NCBI RefSeq assembly: GCF_003231495.1
Contig: NZ_PQWO01000006.1
Location: 1 to 32,000, forward strand
Source of the DNA: Acaryochloris thomasi RCC1774
GTDB lineage: Bacteria > Cyanobacteriota > Cyanobacteriia > Thermosynechococcales > Thermosynechococcaceae
Length of the DNA stretch: 32,000 bases
Direction: 5' to 3'
Under the pieces are notes generated by a model that was given only the letters and a program-made list of their open reading frames with translations, did no database searches and was not told the origin of the DNA. This document shows positions 24,971 through 32,000 of this stretch, one piece after another. Every line of letters begins with the position of its first letter. Position 1 is the stretch's first letter. Position numbers and translations under genes: made by a program.

Positions 24971-25240
24971 TTAGGGCACTGTTGCATATTTGTGGTTAAC
25001 GTACTGTTGCAGCCAGCTGTCGGAAACATCACAAACCCTTGCAATCCCTGCCAGAGGCAGTTTTTCAAGCAACAGCTTATCAATGAGGGCTTTGGTGCGC
25101 TGGTCAATGCGCTTTTGCTGGGGGGCTTCGACGAACTGACGGTCACAGGCTCTGCATTTGTGGTTTTGCTTGCCGTTATGGATGCGACCGTTTTTGACGA
25201 TCTTTTGAGACCCGCAGCTAGGACAGATTAGGGGTGACAT
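24971..25240 (-). CDS. IS1-family transposase, N-terminal part (InsA-like, zinc finger plus HTH)
   Basis: MSPLICPSCGSQKIVKNGRIHNGKQNHKCRACDRQF carries a CxxC...CxxC zinc finger, followed by an HTH-like LPLAGIARVCDVS. The ORF ends at TAA 24971-24973. Confidence 0.8.
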   Translation of the reverse strand: MSPLICPSCGSQKIVKNGRIHNGKQNHKCRACDRQFVEAPQQKRIDQRTKALIDKLLLEKLPLAGIARVCDVSDSWLQQYVNHKYATVP

Positions 25241-25293
25241 TGTTGAGCATGAACGATTGAGCTACCTCTATCCTTGCATCTGGCGGACTACCC

Positions 25294-25635
25294 GGACGGA
25301 TTATCAATATCTCGTCTACGACGACGGTATATCCCGACTCAGGACTAGCCATTTATGCGGCTAGCAAGAACGCGATCAAAATGTTCACTGAGATTTTGGC
25401 ACAGGAAATTGGCGATCGCGGTATCACCGTAAACACACTTTTGCCTGGACCTACTACGCCAGGAATGTTCGATAATATGCCGAATGAAGTACATGAAGCC
25501 GCCGCCAACAGCTCTCCGTTCAAGTGGATTGGTCGTTCAGAAGATATTGCTGATGTGGTTGCATTTTTGGTGAGTGACAAGGCCCGCTGGATTACGGCTC
25601 AGCATATTGTGGTCAATGGTGGAGCCAATATGTAG
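25294..25635 (+). pseudogene. C-terminal fragment (113 codons) of an SDR, truncated exactly at the IS1 end
   Basis: Reading starts 1 nt after the IS terminus: GRIINISSTTTVYPDSGLAIYAASKNAIKMFTEILAQEIGDRGITVNTLLPGPT...VAFLVSDKARWITAQHIVVNGGANM-stop. It includes the YxxxK catalytic motif and the SDR C-terminal box, but no N-terminal Rossmann part. Confidence 0.85.
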
Positions 25636-25694
25636 GGAGCGACTAGCAACGCTTCACCCTAAACGTTTACTGTAAGTACTTGCGAAATCCATTC

Positions 25695-25769
25695 ACTAAC
25701 GTTGCACATCACCCCTGTACTGTAACCGAACAACTTTCGGCGGTCGGCGCGCATGGGCGTTGTTATGCC
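25695..25769. repeat. Structured imperfect-palindromic repeat, copy B (attC-like architecture)
   Basis: ACTAACGTTGCACATCACCCCTGTACTGTAACCGAACAACTTTCGGCGGTCGGCGCGCATGGGCGTTGTTATGCC. It shares the left and right blocks of 16012-16099. The outer arms are TAAC/GTTA and GCACAT/ATGGGC, and there is a central hairpin CCGAA-CAACT-TTCGG. It lies 60 nt after the SDR-fragment stop. Confidence 0.6.
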
Positions 25770-25808
25770 TCTGTTTCATTGTGCATCTCTTTTTTCAGTG
25801 CTTACTAT

Positions 25809-26909
25809 TTAATTTGTCCCATCAAAAAAATCAATCATTGTTTCTGATGTTTTCAATAATAGATCACGTCCATCTGTCTCACCGAACAAACCAATGCACT
25901 TGCTAAACACAGGGTTGAGAATAAACGGTAAATCTATGAAGCTAAAGTGATTGGCTGAGTGTAATAAATGCTTATGTACATTGGCATGACGTGTAAATTG
26001 ATCGATCCGGGTTTTGTCTTTTGTCATTACTACATCAAAGCTATTTTGTGGTTTGTTTCCTTTAGATGTATATTTGTCCCGATTAGACAAAATTAGTAAA
26101 AATTATTTTCCTACACCAGCAATGTCAATCCGATCCATGTAAAGGAAGCCATCGAGATTAACACTTTTCGCAATTCGTGAGTCTGCTCCACAAGCCAAAA
26201 AACTGGCAGAGCCACCGGAAGAATGTCCAGCAGTAAAAATTTTATCTGGATTAATTTTTTGATATAACCATGAATCAATAGTGGCATTTAGATGAAATAA
26301 TTCGTCTAAAACGGCAGATAGATTATTTGCTTTCTTCTCAACAATTTCAGCAAAGAGAGTGTCTGCACGATCAACATTATTGAAATCAACTTTGTTAAAT
26401 GCAATTTGTGAGCCATCGACAAGCAGACTCCCAGAACTCCAACCTGGATGATTTATGCCAACAACAATAAAACCATGACTGGCAAATTCTAATGCATAAA
26501 AGGTATTCAGAAAGTTGACACCACCAAAACCCGGTGAAAGAAGAATGGTTGGGAAGCCATGTTGACTCTGAGCTAAGGTTGCATCAATCATGGACGGAGC
26601 CTGGATCCGACCGAGACAAAGCCTGTTCAGAATTAACTTGGATAGAGGACTCAGTCCTGTGGTCATCACCGATAATGTTCGGTCAAGATGGTCGATGTAA
26701 GGGCTATGAATATCTTGTCTCGTATTGCTTGGATACCAAATCTTAGCAATGATTCCAGAGTGACTGGGTAGATTCCAAATGAAGTCGGATGTACCTACTT
26801 TCCACTGTCCTGATGGTGTAGGGAATGGATTAGCTGAAATTAGCCCATAAGGCAGAAGTAAAACTACAACGATGAAACAGACAAGAAGCAAAAATATAAT
26901 AGTGGTCAT
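25809..26909 (-). pseudogene. PAF-acetylhydrolase-like alpha/beta hydrolase (lipase) split by one in-frame TAA
   Basis: The two track ORFs (26103-26909 and 25809-26090) are in the same frame, separated by TAA at 26103-26105 (GVGK-stop-FLLILSNRDK). The N-terminal part has a TM/signal segment, PTILLSPGFGG and the nucleophile elbow GHSSGG. The candidate Asp (NLDG) lies upstream of the stop and the candidate His (ANHFSF) downstream. The gene is clearly more AT-rich by eye than its surroundings and has no HIP1 site. Confidence 0.7.
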
Positions 26910-27414
26910 TTCATGGCTATTGATAACAATTTACTTTGGTAAAGTATCCGATCAGAACAAAATCTAGTTTGGTCAGCATTGCATTCAAAGAGTGATCCTC
27001 TCAGAAGTATTACCATTAGTAATTTAAGCGGTCTAAATAATTATATGAATGGCGGCTGATAACTTCCGTAGGAGGGGCATTATCCGCCAACTCTCGTATA
27101 ACGTTGAGATAATGACATCATCAAGCTAGAGTCGGATAACTCCGGCTATAGGGTTGTTACACAGTCGTTTGCTGTAATCTGAAGGAAATATTGGAGGATC
27201 TATAGTTCGAGAGAAACCTCTGACTCATCCTTCGAACCCGTGGGGAGCAGTAGTGACGATTGCGATGGCCTTTGGCCTACCTGTCTCCGGGGGAGGAGCT
27301 TCGCAAACGGTAATCGCATCCCGCACCCCGACAACACAAACAAGCGAAAACAGCGAGAAGCGTAGGATAGTCTATACACCTGTCCTCCTGTCTAGCCACG
27401 AGTCTTGCCATGCC

Positions 27415-27867
27415 ATGCCCAGTTCCTCCTCGAATGCTGATTTTCTCCGGCAGTGGCACCCTACGCTAGCACCCTACAACCTTGGCTACAAAGTCAAACT
27501 CGTTTCCCAACTCATGTATCGAGATTTTTTAGAGCGACTGGAACCTCACGGGTTGACACCATTTCACTATCTTGTCCTTTGCTGCCTGTGGGAAGAAGAT
27601 GGGCTGTCCACCTCCGGCATTGCCAACAAACTCAAGCAGCTTGGCGCAACCCTAACCGGCGTCGTTGACCGCATGGAGGATCGCAACCTCGTGTATCGAG
27701 AACGAGATTCTAGCGATCGCCGTATCGTTCGCATTTGGCTGATAATGGAAAACACAGCAAGGAATGGATGCTGCACCCCAATACATTTTGCAGTGGCGAT
27801 GCTGGCCTCAAATGATGTCCACTGGACTACGGGGCAGAGCATTCGCGCCAACAGCGGTATTGTCTAA
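27415..27867 (+). pseudogene. MarR-family regulator 5' part fused to the 3' end of an SDR gene (chimeric ORF)
   Basis: From ATG 27415: ...LTPFHYLVLCCLWEEDGLSTSGIANKLKQLGATLTGVVDRMEDRNLVYRERDSSDRRIVRIWL is a MarR winged-helix core. The last ~26 codons, FAVAMLASNDVHWTTGQSIRANSGIV-stop, match the SDR C-terminal box (compare FLASEDSRFMTGQTLSVDGG at 13339-14088). The MarR C-terminal dimerisation helix is missing. Confidence 0.6.
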
Positions 27868-27941
27868 GAGGAACTATGATGATCTCCGACCGACCTCAGA
27901 TCATCACAATCCAACCAAGCTCATCACTAGAGGATCTTGGT

Positions 27942-28580
27942 ATGCCCACGGTTGCCATTAACAACGAAGTGACGACTGTCATCATTGTCTTTACGGTGGA
28001 GCCATCTCAGCAGCAGGAATTAGTGGATGCGATCGCAACTTTCCTCCCCACCGTCAAACAGCAACCTGGCTTTATCTCTGCCAACATCCACAAGAGTACG
28101 GATGGGGTGAAGGTCGCCAACTATGCCCAATGGCGAAGCCAAGCAGACTACGAAGCTTTCATCAATAATGCTGAAGCCCAAGCAAAAGGAGAAGCGGTGC
28201 GAGCCTTCGGTCCACCAGATATGCATGTCTACGAAGTCGTGGCTTCTGAAACTAAGATTGGTATTCCTGAGATTAAAGCTGGCGGCTACCTAGCCCATTT
28301 TGCTGAGTTTCGGATGCAGCCTGAAAACCAACCCCGCATGGTGGAATTGGCCAAGGAACATGTTGTTCCAGCAATGGGTCAGCCTGGACTGCTATCGGCA
28401 AACTTCCATCGCAGTTTAGACGGCACTCGTGTGATTAACTATGGTCAGTGGGAGAATGCTGAGGCTATTGAGGAACTGCAAAAGCAACCCGGCTTCGGTA
28501 AAGAAAAACCCTACTGGGATGGACTGGCAGAAAATGAGTTTCATCTCTACGAAGTTGTACTCACAGAGACCGCAGACTAA
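27942..28580 (+). CDS. Tandem antibiotic-biosynthesis-monooxygenase (ABM) domain protein
   Basis: Two ferredoxin-like ABM halves are present: ...VIIVFTVEPSQQQELVDAIATFLPTVKQQPGFISANIHKSTDGVKVANYAQWRSQADYEAF and ...AHFAEFRMQPENQPRMVELAKEHVVPAMGQPGLLSANFHRSLDGTRVINYGQWENAEAIEEL. The start is taken at ATG 27942 (AGGA upstream); the track starts at 27876. Confidence 0.75.
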   Translation: MPTVAINNEVTTVIIVFTVEPSQQQELVDAIATFLPTVKQQPGFISANIHKSTDGVKVANYAQWRSQADYEAFINNAEAQAKGEAVRAFGPPDMHVYEVVASETKIGIPEIKAGGYLAHFAEFRMQPENQPRMVELAKEHVVPAMGQPGLLSANFHRSLDGTRVINYGQWENAEAIEELQKQPGFGKEKPYWDGLAENEFHLYEVVLTETAD

Positions 28581-28760
28581 CTCATCTCAAAATCCAAGCC
28601 ATGCCTTTTCTGGGTATATTCTGTGAATCGCAACACCCAAAAACTTGCGGGTAGCGGTTTATATTGTGCCGTTCGTTTTGAACTTTCAGGGGCTGTTGAA
28701 GAATTTCCAGACAATTGGTGATTGGATTGAGACGCGGTTAAGTTACCATTTCTCTGATTT

Positions 28761-29651
28761 TTATACAGCAGTGCCCCCAAGACTTTCTTTGACGACTTCT
28801 ACAAATGTCTGCAGCATGGCGCTCGAATTGTCGCGACGTGATGCTAAGGACAAATCAATCTGGGGTGCACTGTAAAGCTGACGATAAACAACCTTAGGTC
28901 TCTGAAACTGTTGGACTGAGGCAGACAACAACGCTATCCCCATTCCTGCTGCCACAAACCCAAGAATAACCTGCATCTCATCTGCCTCTTGAACAATAAT
29001 GGGGCTAAAATTTGCCTGCTGGCAGACAGCAATTGTGCGATCGTAAAGACCACAGCCGCGCTCTCGCTGAAACGTGATGAAAGGTTCGTGCTCTAAATCT
29101 TGAATCCTAATCTGGCTCTGATGGGTTAGGGGATGCCCCTCTGGAAGTGCGACGGTCAAAGGCTCTTCCAGGATGGTTTCAATCGTGAATCTTTCATCCT
29201 TCACAGGCGACACCATAAACCCAATATTAATGCGCTGCTTCAGGAGCGCTTTAAATTGCTCCTCCGTTGTCATGCCGTAGACCACCAACTCTACATCTGG
29301 GAAACGCTCTTGATATCGTTTTAGCGAGAGTGGAATCACATCATAGGTAGAAGAAGCTTCAAAGCCGACAACCAGCCGCCCGACTTCGCCTCGGCTGGCC
29401 CGCTGGGCAACCTGGACCGCCACGTCAGCCTGGGTTAAGACTTGACGCACCTCAGGGAGAAAGGCACGACCTGCTTCTGTGAGTTCAACTTGACGCTTCG
29501 TGCGGTGAAACAATTCAACGCCCATTTCTTGCTCAAGCTGACGAATTTGACGGCTCAGAGGCGGCTGAGAAATAAGAAGACGCTCCGCAGCACGCCCAAA
29601 ACTGAGTTCTTCTGCCACTGCCAAGAAATACTTTAGTTGTCGAAGCTCCAT
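28761..29651 (-). CDS. LysR-family transcriptional regulator
   Basis: N-terminal HTH MELRQLKYFLAVAEELSFGRAAERLLISQPPLSRQIRQLEQEMGVELFHR, with a typical LTTR effector domain. Confidence 0.9.
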   Translation of the reverse strand: MELRQLKYFLAVAEELSFGRAAERLLISQPPLSRQIRQLEQEMGVELFHRTKRQVELTEAGRAFLPEVRQVLTQADVAVQVAQRASRGEVGRLVVGFEASSTYDVIPLSLKRYQERFPDVELVVYGMTTEEQFKALLKQRINIGFMVSPVKDERFTIETILEEPLTVALPEGHPLTHQSQIRIQDLEHEPFITFQRERGCGLYDRTIAVCQQANFSPIIVQEADEMQVILGFVAAGMGIALLSASVQQFQRPKVVYRQLYSAPQIDLSLASRRDNSSAMLQTFVEVVKESLGGTAV

Positions 29652-29660
29652 TTTTGATTG

Positions 29661-29675
29661 ATACCTAAAAGGTAT
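29661..29675. promoter_or_regulatory. LTTR-type T-N11-A palindrome (ATACC-TAAAA-GGTAT)
   Basis: Perfect 5-bp inverted repeat with a 5-nt spacer, giving T-N11-A. It lies 10 nt upstream of the lysR-family ATG (29651) in the 45-nt divergent gap to the porin ORF. Confidence 0.5.
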
Positions 29676-29696
29676 TGATTACGTTCAAGATCGGTA

Positions 29697-31397
29697 TTGG
29701 ACAAGGGTTATAGCCACTCAGTAAGTTTAAGAGGTCTTCGGCACCATCCACAGAAAAACAGCAAATCGATCTTTGGGGAGACCGCAATACTAATCAACTT
29801 TGCAAAGACCACCCGGAGTCTTCAGACCACTGGTCGAACACTTGTTCTCGGTCCCAGTTGCTTCTTCGCAACCCTGCAAGCCGGACTGTTAATGAGCAGC
29901 GCAACAGAAATATTCTCTCCCCCGTTAGGGGAGCTAGAAAATCTAAGCGGCAATCCATCTTTTGCAAATCGTCCTCTAACTTCTGTTGATCAATTGACCG
30001 ATGTTCAAGCCTCTAGCTGGGCTTTTCAATCGTTGCAGTCTTTAATTGAAGACTATGGGGTCGTTACAGGTTATCCGAATGATACGTTTCGAGGCGCTCG
30101 CGCCCTGAGTCGCTTTGAGTTTGCATCGGTCCTCAACACAGCCATTCAGGAGTTGAGTCAACGTCAGCTATCTCGGTCAGACTTGGATACTCTGCAAACA
30201 CTCCAGACAGAGTTTGCCTCAGAATTATCGGCTGTCCAAGGACGAGTTAAAACGCTAGAAGCGAAAACGGCAGACATAGACGCTCATCAGTTCTCTACAG
30301 CGACTAAGTTTGTCGGTCAGGTGATTTTTGCCGCCAATGCTGGAGGATTTACGGGAGATCGCATCATTGCTCCTAGTGGGGTTTTGATCAGTGAAAACCA
30401 GCCTCGGCCCACTTTTATTCAAAGAACTGCGCTATTTCTAAACACCAGCTTTAACGGGACCGATCAGCTTCAAGTCCGACTGATCACCGGCAGTGATGGT
30501 ACGACAGATAATGCCACAGGTCTGCTAGAACCGAACCTGGGCAGCAACCTGGACTACACCACCCAAGGTCGAGACGACCTAATCAGTTTGGCCCGCTTGT
30601 ATTACAGCTTTTCTCCGCTGCAGGATCTGCAGCTCACCATTGGGCCACAGCTTGTGATTAGCGACTACGCCGACACCAATAGCTATGCCAATACTCCTCT
30701 CGATTTTTCTACCCAGGCATTCATTAATAATTTCGTTCTGTTCCCCCGTCCAGCAGGTGCAGGTGCTGTCCTAGAGTGGAATCCAAACCAAGGTCCCTTC
30801 CACCTACGAGCGATGTACGTGGCGGGTGATGCTGCCGGTCTATTGCCCGAAAACGATGGCCTGATTGGGGGTGGGGGACCGGATGATATTGCCTTGTTCC
30901 CCGTTGCCGGTCTAGGGGCTGCGGGGGGACTCTTCGGTGATCCTAATCAAGGATTAGTGGAGCTAGAGTATTCTCCTGGATCTTTCGCTATGCGACTCCA
31001 GTACAGTCGCGGCAAGGTGATTGGCAGTGAGTTTGATGTCTTAGGACTCAATGCTGAAGTTGCAGTTAGCGATCGCATCGGCCTATTTGGGCGCTATGGC
31101 TACGGCGCTTACGACAACACCACCCTCGGTGATCTCCGGCCTAACTATTGGATGGCTGGCGTCTCTGTCAAAGATTTATTCATGCCGGATGCACTGGCGG
31201 GCATTGCTGCAGGCCAGCCTCTAATTGAGCGCGCGGTTGGAGATGGCACTCAAACCAACTTTGAGGTTTTCTATAACGTACCGGTTAGCGACAATATCCG
31301 TGTGACGCCGCTGCTGCAGGTGGTGACCAACCCCGGCAATCAAGCCACCAACGGCATCATTTTCTCCAGTACCGTGCGCGTCATTTTTTCTTTCTAG
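29697..31397 (+). CDS. Outer-membrane porin with an N-terminal SLH domain and an OprB-like beta-barrel (cyanobacterial Slr1841-type); start uncertain
   Basis: SLH motif DVQASSWAFQSLQSLIEDYGVVTGYPNDTFRGARALSRFEFA, then a coiled-coil linker (LQTEFASELSAVQGRVKTLEAKTADIDAHQF). The barrel ends with an aromatic C-terminus (VRVIFSF). A signal-peptide-like stretch (GRTLVLGPSCFFATLQAGLLMSSA) lies upstream of the first ATG (29892). The only in-frame start-type codon before it is TTG 29697. Confidence 0.8.
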   Translation: MDKGYSHSVSLRGLRHHPQKNSKSIFGETAILINFAKTTRSLQTTGRTLVLGPSCFFATLQAGLLMSSATEIFSPPLGELENLSGNPSFANRPLTSVDQLTDVQASSWAFQSLQSLIEDYGVVTGYPNDTFRGARALSRFEFASVLNTAIQELSQRQLSRSDLDTLQTLQTEFASELSAVQGRVKTLEAKTADIDAHQFSTATKFVGQVIFAANAGGFTGDRIIAPSGVLISENQPRPTFIQRTALFLNTSFNGTDQLQVRLITGSDGTTDNATGLLEPNLGSNLDYTTQGRDDLISLARLYYSFSPLQDLQLTIGPQLVISDYADTNSYANTPLDFSTQAFINNFVLFPRPAGAGAVLEWNPNQGPFHLRAMYVAGDAAGLLPENDGLIGGGGPDDIALFPVAGLGAAGGLFGDPNQGLVELEYSPGSFAMRLQYSRGKVIGSEFDVLGLNAEVAVSDRIGLFGRYGYGAYDNTTLGDLRPNYWMAGVSVKDLFMPDALAGIAAGQPLIERAVGDGTQTNFEVFYNVPVSDNIRVTPLLQVVTNPGNQATNGIIFSSTVRVIFSF

Positions 31398-31405
31398 TGA
31401 GACCT

Positions 31406-32000
31406 ATGACCAACATTTTGATTGTCTACACCACAAGCCTCGGCAATACCGAAAAGATGGCAAAAGCGATTGCAGATGGCACTCGCTCTGTCGCAGGGGC
31501 TGAGGTCATTTACAAAAGCTCTAATGAAGTCGAGATTGACCATGTTAAGACCTGTCAGGCTTTGATTGTGGGGACACCCATCCGTCATCGAACCGCAGAT
31601 GCCCGTATTAAAGCTTTTATCGAAGACACCCTCGAAAAGCTGTGGTTGACCGATGACATGGTGGGCAAAGTGGGCGGCGTCTTTAGCGTGGGCGGCGGCT
31701 ACGGCAATATGGGTGCGGGTTGTGAGCTGGCTCAGCTTGGTATTTTGAGTGCAATGGCCGCCTGCGGCATGGTGCTGGTGACCTTGCCCAAAACAACGCC
31801 AGGGTTTGACGTAGCGGGAATGCATTGGGGACCCAACGGTCGTTCCGGCGGCCCCAAAATGGAACCCGTCGGGGTCACAACCGAAATGCTGGAGACGGCC
31901 TATCACCACGGGGCCAATGTTGCGAGAGTTGCAGTGGCGCTAGACGGTCAGACACTGATGGCTCACGGCAACATCGCTCCCTCCCCTGAAATCGTTGACC
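31406..32000 (+). CDS. Flavodoxin-like fold protein (WrbA / NAD(P)H:quinone oxidoreductase-like), 3'-partial at the window end
   Basis: Not in the ORF track because no stop falls in the window. From ATG 31406: MTNILIVYTTSLGNTEKMAKAIADGTRSVAGAEVIYKS...LIVGTPIRHRTADARIKAFIED...VGGVFSVGGGYG..., a flavodoxin-like nucleotide-binding pattern. The frame stays open to nt 32000. Confidence 0.8.
   Translation, partial: MTNILIVYTTSLGNTEKMAKAIADGTRSVAGAEVIYKSSNEVEIDHVKTCQALIVGTPIRHRTADARIKAFIEDTLEKLWLTDDMVGKVGGVFSVGGGYGNMGAGCELAQLGILSAMAACGMVLVTLPKTTPGFDVAGMHWGPNGRSGGPKMEPVGVTTEMLETAYHHGANVARVAVALDGQTLMAHGNIAPSPEIVD

Larger units (their letters stand above)
24519..25292 (-). mobile_element. Complete IS1-family insertion sequence (774 bp)
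   Basis: The termini GGTAGTCC (24519-24526) and GGACTACC (25285-25292) are exact inverted repeats, with further matches inward (…AAGGAT). It encodes a zinc-finger/HTH orfA and a DDE orfB, like IS1 InsA/InsB. The flanks TGAATTTTC and CGGACGGAT show no direct target duplication. Confidence 0.85.

Noticed and set aside
1-25292. Inversion of the 24-kb segment by recombination between the two inverted IS1 copies
   Set aside because: The copies are only about 76% identical over the comparable 116 nt. The flanking sequences also do not form reciprocal target-site duplications when the inversion is undone.
27108-27172. Possible third copy of the attC-like repeat (TATAACGTTGAG...GGGTTGTTACAC)
   Set aside because: It shares only the TAACGTTG start and GTTGTTA end. 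The internal arms are not complementary and lack the conserved blocks of copies A and B. The nearby hairpin at 27051-27088 is unrelated.
31394-31909. 171-aa minus-strand ORF from the track
   Set aside because: It is antisense to a clear flavodoxin-like gene on the plus strand (31406 to the window end). That gene was missing from the track only because it has no stop within the window.
1-32000. Stop-codon reassignment or programmed read-through as an explanation for the in-frame stops
   Set aside because: All three stop codons occur in-frame in the damaged genes, and the same codons terminate the intact genes normally. Frameshifts and truncations accompany them, so ordinary pseudogenisation is the simpler reading.
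1-32000. Search for CRISPR arrays, tRNA, rRNA, reverse-transcriptase/DGR or integrase genes
   Set aside because: I saw no regularly spaced direct repeats, cloverleaf-type sequences, rRNA-like segments, or RT/integrase-like ORFs on either strand.

Overview
The window looks like cyanobacterial chromosome. The HIP1 octamer GCGATCGC recurs throughout (e.g. at 1308, 1446, 2297, 3048, 20762) and several gene families are typical of the phylum (COP23, DUF4058, SLH/OprB porin). I recognised no rRNA, tRNA or CRISPR array.

Layout:
- 1-3352: a partial IS1-family end, then a patch of small toxin-antitoxin-type and DUF genes, several of them decayed.
- 3466-8281: a sodium:solute symporter and a secreted COP23 / S1-protease / pseudoprotease-TPR trio.
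- 8336-10357: a badly decayed type-II NADH dehydrogenase pseudogene and a secreted, very acidic low-complexity protein.
- 10497-15224: an AraC-MFS-CDGSH-SDR-NmrA cluster.
- 15237-16099: a mosaic of four gene fragments ending in a structured repeat.
- 16094-24506: a SnoaL-like gene, two more AraC regulators, and a Kelch-MFP-RND efflux cluster.
- 24519-25769: a complete but apparently defective IS1-family element abutting an SDR fragment and a second copy of the structured repeat.
- 25780-27250: an AT-rich, HIP1-free island with a nonsense-split PAF-acetylhydrolase-like hydrolase.
- 27415-32000: a MarR::SDR chimera, a tandem-ABM protein, a LysR regulator with a T-N11-A box, an SLH/OprB porin and a partial flavodoxin-like gene.

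Main observations:
- About 13 loci are disrupted, which is unusually dense gene decay.
- Three junctions join the 5' part of one gene to the 3' part of another.
- A two-copy, attC-like imperfect palindromic repeat lies 3' of gene remnants.
- A translationally coupled active-protease / Ser-to-Asn pseudoprotease-TPR pair sits next to COP23.

All functional calls come from reading motifs by eye. No database search was run.
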